Program-made: the position numbers and the translations under genes
The notes under the pieces: generated by a model
What the model was told of the DNA's origin: nothing
What the model saw: the letters and a program-made list of their open reading frames with translations, nothing else
Databases searched by the model: none
Part shown: positions 26,905 to 38,496 of the stretch, piece after piece
Layout: every line of letters starts with the position of its first letter
Numbering within the stretch: position 1 is the first letter of the stretch
From: Podarcis erhardii
Lineage: Eukaryota
NCBI GenBank assembly: GCA_964252035.1
Contig: OZ176205.1
DNA: 64,000 nucleotides
Strand: one strand, 5' to 3'

Positions 26905-28698
26905 GTTAAGTTAACAAGAAGAAAACTAAGCTACTTCTTAAAAATCAAAAAGAAGAAGAGAAGAAAGAACTATCCCAATAGTTAGGAATAGAAATTCATA
27001 AAAAAGTAAAGTACCTAGGAATATGGTTAACAACGAGAAACATAAATATATATAAAGATAATTATGAGAAAATATGGAATGAAATTAAAAGAAACCTAGA
27101 AATCTGGGGAAGGATGAATCTTTCCCTGTCAGGGAAAATTGCAGCAATAAAGATGAGTTCTTTGCCAAATATACTATTTCTATTTCAGAAGATCCGGATG
27201 ATAAATAACAATATATTCTTCAAAAAATGGCAAAAAGGTATTTCAAAATTTATCTGGAATGGGAAAAGACCAAGGATAAAACATAAGATACTAACAGACT
27301 TAAGAGATAGAGGAGGCTTTTCTCTCCCAGATTTGAAATTGTATTTTGAAGCAGCATGTCTTGTTTGGATACGGGATTGGATAAAATTAGAAAAAGAAGA
27401 AGAGTTAGAACTAGAAGGACACGACAATAGATTTGGCTGGCACTCATATTTATGGTATGGGAAAGGGAAAATACACAAAGGCTTTTCAAACCATATAAGA
27501 AGAAAGTCATTATTAAGCGTGTGGGAAAAATATAAAGAACTGTTAGAGTGGAAAACACCATGGTGGCTGTCACCCACTGAAGCATTTTCACTTAAGTCGA
27601 CCAAAAAAGTAAGCTGGTTGACATATAGAGAGTTGTTAAAAGAAGAAGAAGTTAAACTCAAACTAAAAGAGTATGATGAGCTGAAAGGTTATTTACAAAG
27701 TTGGTTACATCATTGGCAATTAAATGAAATTTTCAAGGAAGACAATAAAAAGGGTTCAGTTATACAATCTCCAGATTTCAAAAAGAAATAGTGGAAGAGA
27801 ATTTTAAATTGTTAAAAAAGCATATAGTATTTTATTAGAGTGGGAAACCAAAGAGGCAGAGATTAAATCAGTTATGATGAAATGGGCTCAGGATGTGGGA
27901 CACAAAATCCAATTTGAAAGTTGGGACAAATTATGGAAAGTTGATATAAAATTCACAGATTGCATACTATTAAGAGAGAATTACATGAAAATGATGTATA
28001 TATGGTATATCACACCAGTGAAAATGGCAAAGATGTTTAGGAAAGAAAATAACAGATGTTGGAGATGTAAGGAAAAGGAAGGAACATTTTATCATATGTG
28101 GTGGGAATGCAAATGCATTAAAAATATTGGGAAATGATATACATTGAATTGAAAAAAATGTTTAAAATGAATTTTGTTAAACACCCTGAAGCCTTTTTGT
28201 TAGGTATCTCAAATCAAGAGCTACCAAAAGAAAAATGGACATTATTTATGTATGCTACAACAGTGGCAAGAATCTTGATTGCACAATATTGGAAGATGGA
28301 AGAAATACCATCAAAGGAACAATGGCAAGAAAAGCTGATGAACTATGCAGAATTGGCTAAACTAACAGACAAACTACGAGAGAAGGACAAAAAGGACTTC
28401 AAAGGAGTCTGGGAACCATTTACAGTTAATTTGCAGAAACAACAGAATGGACTGGATTCACTGGCAGGATTTGAATAAACTTTCACAATTTCATTTGAGC
28501 AACAGATATTTCAGAGAAATGATAAGGGATTTTATTTTTTGTGTAGGAAAAGCAGGATACGATAAATAAAACTAAATAACTCAGCAGAGGGGGAGTTGGG
28601 GGAATCCAGAGGAGGGAGAATAAATTGTAAATAACATGATGAATGAGATTTGTATCGTTAATTGTTATAAAATTCAATAAATATACAAAAACAAAAAA
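26905..28698 (+). mobile_element. 5'-truncated L1-clade LINE (ORF2 C-terminal half), inactive
   Basis: KYLGI RT motif near 27010; ORFs 27114-27791, 27874-28137 and 28134-28478 are split by frameshifts; CWRC...HMWWEC zinc knuckle; AATAAA near 28677 and A-rich tail; 18-bp TSD gagacagatggatgccaa at 26887-26904 and 28699-28716. Confidence 0.92.
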
Positions 28699-28718
28699 GA
28701 GACAGATGGATGCCAACA

Positions 28719-28848
28719 NNNNNNNNNNNNNNNNNNNNNNNNNNNNNNNNNNNNNNNNNNNNNNNNNNNNNNNNNNNNNNNNNNNNNNNNNNNNNNNNNN
28801 NNNNNNNNNNNNNNNNNNNNNNNNNNNNNNNNNNNNNNNNNNNNNNNN
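28719..28848. other. Assembly gap (130 N)
   Basis: Run of N immediately after the L1 3' TSD. Confidence 0.99.
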
Positions 28849-30231
28849 AAGACCTGCTGCATGAAAAGCACTTGCTCTGCCACTGAGCATCAGTCTTTCC
28901 CACCTTGAAATGTGGGAGGCAGGGGTGCTCTTCAAGCAGCTGTAGAAATGTGTGTCCATGTTGTGGCCATTTTAAAACACTTTTCTGATTCCGGTAATCT
29001 GATTTGCCTTCTAAAACCAGGTAAAGTGATGGGCCTAAGGCTGCAAACATACTGGGAGTTAGTTTCATTGGGTTGGATCCAGACTATGCTATTTTGTTCC
29101 CATTGAAATCAATGGGACTTTAAAGTTAGCTGTGGCCAACTTTTCACCTTGTCTCCCCCACCCCCCCAGGGACCTTGCTTAGTCTGGATCCAATCCATCA
29201 ATCTCCATTGATGAATTGACATGCTTAGGGTTGCATTGCATGTAGTCTGGGTCCCCCTTGTGTGGGGTTCACACAGTACTGAGCCAACTCAGCCACTTGC
29301 ACCCATTAATACTTGTTGGTTTGATGTCAAAAATACTAGTGCGCTTCATGCAGCAGATTCAGTGAGAGCGCTGTAAACATGAAACACTGCGGTGCTTTTG
29401 ACAAAACTGCACACTTTGTTTTAATTAGTTTTGGTGGCAACTCCAACCATTGCATAATAACATGCAGTGCTCATATTTCACCTATTGCTTTTGCATGGTT
29501 CTCTCCCAGGCTTCAAGTCTTCTTCTGAGCTGAGCTGCATCTCCCAACAGATGGGCCCAGTTTGTGATTGGCTTGTGGCTTGTGCAGTGTCTCAGAGGAG
29601 AAACATATTGCCAAATACAGCTGTTGCTAGTTCCTATTTCAGTATTTGGATAGCAGGCATAATGACACCAAGAGATGATGGAGTGAGTGCAAGCCCAATA
29701 AACTGGTTTCTTCTCTGTTGATGGCACACAGCATCTATAAAATTGTATTGGTGTTCATCAGCAGGGATGTCAGGAAGTAAGTGGTAGTGAACTTGTCCCA
29801 AATATATATAGGGGTTCTTTTTATTAGATTGTGAGCCTGTGGGCAAGGTTTCTTTTTTCTTAACTTCGGAACAGTGCTTAGATTTTTTAAGGGGCTATCA
29901 GTCAAAACACATTCTTACTGCTGTGCTGCAAGCCAGAGAGCTGTTAAACATTTTGAGTTAACTGGGAGCTTCTCTGCCTTTCTCTGTATTCCCCTCAATT
30001 CCTTTGGCAAGCCTTCTTTCCTATCTGCAGGGTGAATCTTCAACAGGCAGGCCTAGGAGAAGGAGGGGCCCAGAGACATTTGGGGGAAAGGGAGAGAACC
30101 AAAGAGGCTAGAAGTGACTAAAAAATGTTAAAGGGATGTGCAGGTTTTCTGGATTACACATGCCAATGGGCAAAAGGAAGGGGGACAGGAATAGAAGCAT
30201 AGCAAGTTGTAAACAGTACAATGTTCCTGCT

Positions 30232-30770
30232 CGATACGATACGATACAATAATCTTTATTGTCATTGTCCCATACAGAACAACGGAATTGGGAAAAAAAA
30301 TCTACATAAGACATTCAAAACCAACAAGCCTGCTATCCCAGCTATCCCAACCTGGTTAGCCCCCTAAAAACTCTGATACCCCATTTTAAAAATACAGTAT
30401 ACTCCCATAGAGACTCCTTACACTGCGTTTGAAACCAAAATTGCATTTGGATAGAAACTGTTTCTCAGGCGGCTAGTCCTAGTCTTTGTAACCCTGTACC
30501 TTTTTCCAGAAGGCAGAAGCTGAAAGAGATCATTATCCTGCGCTATCCCTGCAGCTTTCTTATAGCACCTGGAAGCATAGATTTGATCCAAGGTGGGAAG
30601 AGTGCACCCAGTTATTCTCTCCACAGTCTTTACAACCCTGGACAGCATTGCTTTTTCCCTGACTGTGCAGCTCCTAAACCACACACACAGACCATAAGTT
30701 AATACACTCTCAACAGTATAATGGTAAAATGCCATCAACAGGTCCTTTGAGAGATTATTTTTCTGTGTAT
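30232..30770 (-). mobile_element. Rex1/Babar-type LINE 3' fragment
   Basis: ORF 30418-30738 (AFYHYTVESVLTYGLCVWF...LFQLLPSGKRYR...TSRLRNSFYPNA) matches the Rex1/Babar ORF C-terminus; (TATCG)n-type tail at 30232-30247. Confidence 0.8.
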
Positions 30771-31035
30771 GACACTGTTATTCTGTTCTGCCTATGAAGC
30801 TAATTATGATGTAACTACTTTCATGGGGTAACCATGGGTTAGCGGGGACCGGGGGCGGGGCACGGATTTTCACAAATATTCAATATCCACAAAGATTATT
30901 GAGAGGCATTGAAATTACTCAGTTATCTGAGGTCCACCCCCCCCCCCCAGCGGAAGCCTGCCCTCCCGACAGAAGCAGAACTTTGGCTGCCCCCCCCCAA
31001 ACAAAATCCTGGATATGCCCAGGGGGGTAAGCATG

Positions 31036-31116
31036 CAAGTCCTGTTGCACTATAAAGACTCACAAACATCATAAGCTTCGGTGGACTACAGGCCACTTCA
31101 TCATACGCGTGAAGTG
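31036..31116 (-). mobile_element. Decayed PLE pseudo-LTR fragment with degenerate hammerhead
   Basis: The minus strand reads AUGAUGA-A-GUGGCC-UGUA-GUCCAC-CGAAGCUUAUG; adjacent gcactataaagact resembles gcaccttaaagacc of the 48k element. Confidence 0.6.
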
Positions 31117-31454
31117 TCCTCCTAAATTGCAAGTATACCTGGTGGGTTTGGTTTTTTTAGGGCGGGGAATGTGAACAGTGGGATTAGAGGGAAGTGAATT
31201 GCAGAAAAATGCAGAGAATGATAACAACATAATTAACTGGTAATTCACAAAGCAGGTGTTGATAACAAAGGCATCCTGGTCTTGGTAAGCCAGTTAACAT
31301 GATTAATGTGCTAAAATTCCCTGTTTCTTGCTTCAGACCACAAGCGATAGTTTCCCATTGAAACTCCTTTGCCTTAGGAAGGTCACTCTAATGTCACAGA
31401 GTGCCCTGGGAGGTTGAAATATTCTCCCTCTAGCTTTCGAAAATTGCTTCTTCA

Positions 31455-31455
<1 letters not shown>

Positions 31456-31500
<45 letters not shown>
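31456..31500. repeat. (TA)n microsatellite
   Basis: Direct reading. Confidence 0.97.
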
Positions 31501-31504
<4 letters not shown>

Positions 31505-32077
31505 CATTCTTTTGTGTAGAGCAAGTGGGTGGAACTTGAGTTGCCCAGTGGGTAAATTTTGACAGGTCCAGCACTTGACATCACAATGACATAAAGTGAC
31601 CTGGAACTTTGAGCAACAGAGCCTTTCATAATGCTTTGAAGGTGCCAATTGGGGGACTCCAAAGCATTTTTGCCCCTTGCAAAGAGCCCTGCATGGTGCA
31701 CCCTGTTGACCCAAGCCAGCCAACCTTTTTGCCTGCCACTTGACACCAGGTGAATGGCAGGTGGGCATGGCTTGTGCCAAAATGGCCTGCTAGGCCTAAT
31801 TATTATTGTGGGCTGGAGGTTCCCCACCCCTGGTACAGAGACTGGCCTGTTTTTGCTACATGGGCTGCAGAAAGGCACTGCTGGCAGATATCAAATTGGA
31901 AGTCAAGCAGGTGAATGAGCTCAATGTTGTAGATGGCATTAGTTCTTGTAATAATGTTGCCAGAGCATATACCGGGACAGTGTTGGCATCTGGGCATGCC
32001 ACAGGGGCTGGTCCCTGTGTCTGCATCGTTGTTATGTGTGGTCTGTTGCTGCTGAGTAGAGAGAGAGTGAGCAAGTA

Positions 32078-32319
32078 CAGTTGTACCTCGGGTTACAGAT
32101 GCTGTAGGTTACATACGCTTCAGGTTGCAGACTCTGCTAACCCAGAAATAGTACCTCGGGTTAAGAACTTTGCTTCAGGATGAGAACAGAAATCGCACAG
32201 CAGCGGCGCGGCAGCAGCAGGAGGCCCCATTAGCTAAAGTGGTGCTTCAGGTTAAGAACAGTTCCAGGTTAAGAATGGACCTCTGGAACGAATTAAGTAT
32301 GTAACCAGAGGTACCACTG
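32078..32319. mobile_element. Tc1/mariner (Tigger-like) MITE
   Basis: TIRs cagttgtacctc...gaggtaccactg flanked by TA on both sides; near-identical to 60158-60385. Confidence 0.85.
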
Positions 32320-32935
32320 TATAGCCCTTCCACCCAAGGCCTGTGCAAAGTGTCACTGGTCAAGAGAAGTTGCAGATCACTAATATGCTGAAGTGGTTTT
32401 AATTGCAAACCATGACATATGGTATTCTGTTGCTTTCTTCTCTAAGTCTGTCTGCCCTGTAGATGATGGTTCCTGAGTACAAATCCTGCTTTGCTGATCT
32501 GTTGTTTCCCCCCATTTACTGGGCAAGTGTTGTACTTTGAGGAATTCTTACATTGTGAATCACTGGCTGGTGAATCTGAACAAATGTGGTTGCATTGTAT
32601 GGCTTGGCTGGAGACAGTGGGTTTTGTGGTGGGAGCTAGAAGCATGTAAGGATGCGTAGCATAGCTTCCTCTATAAGGTAGTGGTTTTCATGCTCATTAT
32701 GTGAATCTCTTATATGGGCTGTTCTAGGTCAATATTGCAGTAAAGCTTATTGAAATCCTTGTGCAACTGCTCAAATGCCTCCCTTCCATGAGTCCAGATG
32801 ATACAGATGTCATCAATGTGTATCAGGCACATCTCTTTGTACTTTTCTGCAAGCCACTTCAGGATGGCTTTGTCCTGAAATGTGGCATATAATTACCATA
32901 AAGCAATACATTAAACTGTCAATTTAATTTAAGCT

Positions 32936-33041
32936 ATGAACATGAGTTTAACCAAACTGCAGGAGACAGTGGAAGACAGGAGTGCTTGCCGTGATCTGGT
33001 CCATGGGGTCACAAAGAGTTGGACACGACTAAACAACAACA
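32936..33041 (+). mobile_element. BovB (RTE) LINE 3' fragment
   Basis: Same 3' motif with a (CAA)n tail; 10-bp TSD aatttaagct at 32926-32935 and 33042-33051. Confidence 0.85.
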
Positions 33042-34454
33042 AATTTAAGCTGTGCAACTGTTCTTTTATCATAAAATGCACCTTCCTTTTAAAAATGATT
33101 CTATCCACACCATGTGGGAGGGATTTGGAATAGCCAGCCTTTGCAGTTAAAAGCAAAAAAAAAAAAAAAACCCACACGGAGATTGGCATTTCATCTTTCT
33201 ATTTTCCAAAATAAAATCTGTGATCAGAACAACCTGGTACTCAGCAAAGTTTATTTCCAGCGTTGGTGGCATTTATGATATATTTGCAGTACAAGCCTCT
33301 GTGAGAAAATTATCAACATTCACAATAATCCATGTCACGTCTGCAATACAAAACACCCACACCCACCCATTCTTTATAAAACACTCAGACACTGCGCTGA
33401 TAAATGAATACAGTTTTTATATTGGTAACTTTTCCATTTATTCCAAAACTCTCCATTAAAAACATCATTGCTTCACTTGGAATAAATCTTATACAATCAT
33501 CTCCCCTTTAAACATGTCTTTTGTTTGTACAATAACAATAAACTTAAATATATTATCTGTATTTTCAGTATGAATCGCACAAGAGAATGTTCACAGTAGG
33601 ATATATTGTGCCGTCTTGAATACACAAGTTTCCTCCTCTACTTGATGTGGAGGGTGAGGCAGAAACCAAAGGAGGCATTTCTGACCTCAGGGCTACATTT
33701 GGGCCGCTTTGCTGCAGGGCACCAGTAAGCAAGAGACAAGAAAGGGAGCATCTGGGCACATTCCACATATTACTCTACAACACAGGAACTAAGGTAGATA
33801 CAGGCACAGCCAGAGTAGTATGGATCAGGCATCAGCCTGTGGCTATTGGTTTCCAACGCCTCATCTGTTTCACATCCTGGCCTCATCAGGAAAAGAAGTA
33901 CGGTGCACATGAAGTACGGTGCACTGATTTTGTACTTAAACCCAGTATGTAGTGTAAATGGGCCACGTGGATTCATACCCATAACCAGACAAGGGAAGGA
34001 AAAGGACCAAAAGTGAACCCATCCCAGGTCTCAGCAATTATGAAAGCAGGACCACAGGCTGGGGCTCAGAAAGAGACCATGAGGCAGGCGCCAGTGAGCC
34101 TGAGTTGGACAGTGAAAGCGTTTTCAAAGGGGACCTTCAAAACATGACATTGCAGGGCCCTGTGCTCCTAACCTGCCATCAGCTGATCTTAGCACCTGCT
34201 GGAAACACATGATATTTGCCTGCTTGCCTATACTGCCTTCACATCTGTGTTAAATTAAATAAGTAAACAATTTTTTAAAATAAAAAAGCACACCTCAAGG
34301 TCATGTTCTAACTCAGTCTTGTTTTGCTTTTAAAGTGAAAGCAATGCGTGAGAGGGAGAGAGGGAGAGAGAAAGAGGGAGGGAGAGAGGGATGAAATGAA
34401 GTGATGGGGTGGAGAAAATATGCAACAGTTTCCCAGTATATGCTGGAGGAAAGG

Positions 34455-34793
34455 GAGAGAGTCAGCATAGCATAACGGTTAAATTGTTGGACAGACTCAA
34501 GAGAACTGAGTTCAAATCCCCTCTCAGTCACAGCCATGAAGCTCACTGGGTGACCTTGGGCCAGTCAATTACTCTCAGCCTAACCTACCTTGCAAGGGTG
34601 TTGTGGGGATAAAAGGGGAAAGGAGAAGTATGTACCTCCACCTTGAGCTCTTCAGAGAAAATGTAATAAACAAAACAAACACATTCATCCTCAGAACAAC
34701 CCCATGAGAAGCAGAATAGTTGACAGATTAGAGATTTGAACCCTGGTCTCCCAGGTCATAGTTCAACACTCTACCCATCACAGTGCACTAGCT
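34455..34793. mobile_element. Two MIR/CORE-like SINE fragments in opposite orientation
   Basis: gagttcaaatccc...aagctcactgggtgaccttgggccagtca...ctcagcctaacctacc (+, about 34455-34670) and a reverse copy at about 34683-34793. Confidence 0.6.
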
Positions 34794-35190
34794 CTCTGCA
34801 GAGAGGGAGCTATGCATGCAACTTTGAGTTCCCTGGAGGATTTAAATGTAATAATAACATAATCAAAAATTTCTATTATCCATTAATAATGTATTTTCCC
34901 CACTTCAAGTTTTTGCCAAGATCTGAGAAGGCAAGGTAGTTGGCCACATAATCCCATGCATGTCAACTCAGAAGTAAGCCCCTTTGAGTTCAACAGGTCT
35001 TACTCCCAGGTATGAGTTCAAGATTTCAGGCTGAAGGTGGAGAAGGCAAAGCTCTGTGTTGGAAAATGGGTCCCATCTAGCTCCCTCAGATTACAGGTTT
35101 TTTGTTGAATCAATATAGTTATTAGGAACTGAATTCTTTAGGATGAAGAAAGGAAAGGGAAAATTGGCATGAGTACAAGAAATATATATA

Positions 35191-35236
<46 letters not shown>

Positions 35237-35242
<6 letters not shown>

Positions 35243-35475
35243 GTACCTCTGGATGCGAACGGGATTCATTCCAGAGCCCCGTTCACATCCTGAAGCAAAT
35301 GCAACCTGTGTCCGCAGGTCATGATTCGCTGGTTCCGTGCATGACGTCATTTTAAGTGTCTGCGCATGTGTGAACGGTGAAACCCGGAAGTAATGTGCTC
35401 CATTACTTCCGGGTCACCATGGAGCGCAACCCCAAAATATTCATCCCGAAGCTACTTCAGCCCAAGGTATGACTG
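35237..35475. mobile_element. Tigger-like MITE whose left end merges with an (AC)n tract
   Basis: cactggtacctc...aaggtatgactg|TA; internal hairpin cccggaagtaa/ttacttccggg. Confidence 0.68.
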
Positions 35476-36934
35476 TACATATATAGGGAGAGAGAGAGGG
35501 AGAGGAAGAGGGAGAGAGAAAATATGTATAGGACTGCAGCTCAGGGCTGGGGCTGCTTTGACCCTTCAGACATTGCTGGTCTACAAGTGCCATCACCCCT
35601 GACCATTGGCCATGCTGCCTGGGGCTGGTGGAAGTTGGAGATCAACAACACCTGAAGAACCACAAGTTGCCCAAGTAGCTGGATTCCTTTGCAGTGGACA
35701 CAGGTAGTGTATACAGAGGAGTCGAATGTCTCAAAATAATTAGGTCAGCCACTTACCACTGCGCTCTAATAACAGTCTGGTCATCTCCAGTGAAGAGAAT
35801 AGAGATAGTGCATATAAACAATCAGAGGGACTAGGTGACTTTACAAAAGGGAACATGCCAGTGTTGTTACTGCCTCTGCTAGAATGATACCTACGCAGAC
35901 TTACTGACTTGCAAGTGCTTACTCAGACACAAGGGAAAAAGGAAAACTCATACAGGCAGTGTGTGCGTCTGCACACAAACACAGCCACCGACTGGAACAG
36001 AGTCTGCCAAGCCACATGAGTGGGCAAGCAAAGCAGGATTATAAATCAAGGCTCACACAGCCTAGAGCCAAATATTTGCACACAATTATCACTTAGTTGA
36101 ATAGGAGTAAAGAGCCATTGAACTGCACTGGAACAAAAGGGGTTATCTCATACTCACACCGATAGCCAGACATGACCTAATAAATAACAGGGTCCTGACA
36201 ATGAGAAATCCTTCAGGAAGGAGCTGTGGGGGAAACCTGGCTAAATTATTCAATAGTGGGCAGAGGAACAAGTTACGGGAACAGGCTTTCAGCTTCAGAG
36301 AAGGTTCCTAATTCCGCTCTCCCCAATAGCCATAGGAAACCACTTTTCAGCTCTGGTCTTTTGCTCAGACATTTCCTTGCATTTCAGACCCTGGATCTGC
36401 TCTGTACTAACAAAGCCAAGAGGTGAAGGATTTATGTTAATGGGAATGGCAAGATTTAGATTGTACTGGTTCTCTATTACAGCATGCTATAGCTCACCAT
36501 GTACTCGGTGGAGCTACAGAATGGTCACATTCCATGCTACACAATGTCGGCACATTCTCCTGCTTCCCTTTACAGGTCTTGCATCAAACAGAACCTGCTG
36601 ATATATTAAATCACTTGTTAGCCACCATTGTCCAGGTCTCCTGAGGCCAACGCTGGCGTTGGGCAGAGTGAGGCAGCTGCCTCAGGTAGCAAATTTGGGA
36701 CGTCATGAAAGAGCAGAAAATTGTTAGGTTTTTACATTTACTTTTTGTTGTATTTTTACAGCCAGGGAGGTCGAACACCTTTTCTGCTGCTCTCCCACAA
36801 GTAGCAAAATTTATTGGACCAGCTGCCCCAAATCCACGGTCACGCAAAGTTTTGGCCATGCAAGGATTGCAGAGAGTGAGGCTGAAGCAAAATTTGAATA
36901 GAAAAGTTGGGCATGTGAATGTGCAAAACAGCTA

Positions 36935-37315
36935 TAACAATAATAATAATTTATTATTTATACCCTGCTCATCTGGTTGGGTTTCGCCAGCCACTCTGGG
37001 TGGCTTCCAAGAAAAGATTAAAAATACATTAAAACACCAGTAATTAACAACTTCCATAAACAGGGCTGCCTTCAGATATCTTCTAAACGTCAAATGGTTG
37101 TTTATTTCTTTGACATCTGATGGGAGGGCATTCCACAAGGTGAGTGCCACTACCGAGAAGGCCCTCTGCCTAGTTCCCTGTAACTTCACTTCTCACAGTG
37201 AGGGAACCGCCAGAAGGCCCTTGGCACTATCCGGGTTGAATGATGCGGATGGAGATGCTCCTTCAGATACACTGGGCCGAGGCCGTTTAGGGCTTTAAAG
37301 GTCAGCACCAACATC
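36935..37315 (-). mobile_element. L2 LINE 3' end
   Basis: ORF 36932-37189 (RQRAFSVVALTLWNALPSDVKEINNHLTFRRYLKAALF) followed by a (TTA)n tail. Confidence 0.8.
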
Positions 37316-38139
37316 TAGGATGCTTAAAGATAGATATCTTTTATTTATTGTTGACTGAAGAACATTCTGAATAAGATTTAATGTCTGTAGCTATGAATCA
37401 CCATGTAGTTTAAACGGTTTCTTTGTTAGTTGTGAATACTGAACTTTTAAAGCATGTGATTTTAACTTCTACATGTTTTACAGTGCATTGTTTTGTTTCT
37501 TTTCACTCTTTTTTGGTCAGTAGAAACAAAAGAGTTGTGTATTACTCCCTCTGCTGAATCCTGACACACGTTTGCACCCTTGCAGAAAAACTACATATAG
37601 TACCCCCAAGTTTTATGTAGGATTGCCAGCGTCCCCTCCCCCTGCAGCAAAACTCCTAGATCTTTAACAGCAGACTGGCAAGAGGAAGTTCAGCAGGAGT
37701 TTTTTTTGCATAATTGCATATAAATGCCAGGATAACCTTTCCCTGCTGTTCAAGGACTTTGCAGACACAGCTATAGTATCCCTTAGGTCAGGTTTTGTAG
37801 GAGGAGGTTACATGCATCAGCTGCAACGACATTGCATTAAGTTCTAGGCACAAGTTCTGCTGAGGTTCTGTGGCATTTAAACTGAGGACACTGGGATTCT
37901 TTTCACAGGAAAATCCCACTGAAGTGAATAAGAATTATGGAACAGCACTAGTAAGCTGCTGGTGTACATGTGCAATGAAATCGCTGGGTCAAGATGAGAG
38001 TCGCTTTCATAGTCTCAATTAAGCAAGCTCTGGGATTTTGTTCAAAGCCATTAGAAGATGTGTAGATGAAGACACTCAAAGAAGTCAAGAGGGATGTACT
38101 GATTTCATCCGGGTGGCACTGACTGCTACTCCTTACAAG

Positions 38140-38496
38140 AAAGGAGATTCCGACTAAACATTAGGAAGAACTTTCTGACAGCAAGAGCTGTTTGACAGTG
38201 GAACAGACTCCCTAGGAAGGTTGTGGACTCTTCTTCATTGGAGGTTTTTAAGCAGAGGTTGGATGGCTGTCTGTCATGGATGATTTAGTTGAGATTAGTT
38301 GAACTAGATCAGGCTTCCTCAACCTTGGCCCTCCAGGTGTTTTGAGACTACAAGTCCCATCATCCCTGACCACTGGTCCTGCTAGTTGGGATCATGGGAG
38401 TTGTAGGCCAAAAACATCTGGAGGGCCGAGGTTGAGGAAGCCTGAACTAGACGATCCTCAGGGTCCCTTCCAACTCTACAATCCTATGATTATATG
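38140..38496 (+). mobile_element. CR1 3' end interrupted by a hAT MITE (38310-38444)
   Basis: CR1 motifs on both sides; the MITE has cagg...cctg TIRs and an 8-bp TSD aactagat/aactagac. Confidence 0.8.

Noticed and set aside
28483-29106. ORFs spanning the N run
   Set aside because: Artefacts of translating through the assembly gap.
30630-30652. RE1-like tttacaaccctggacagcatt
   Set aside because: Core AG is mismatched and it lies inside Rex1/Babar coding sequence.
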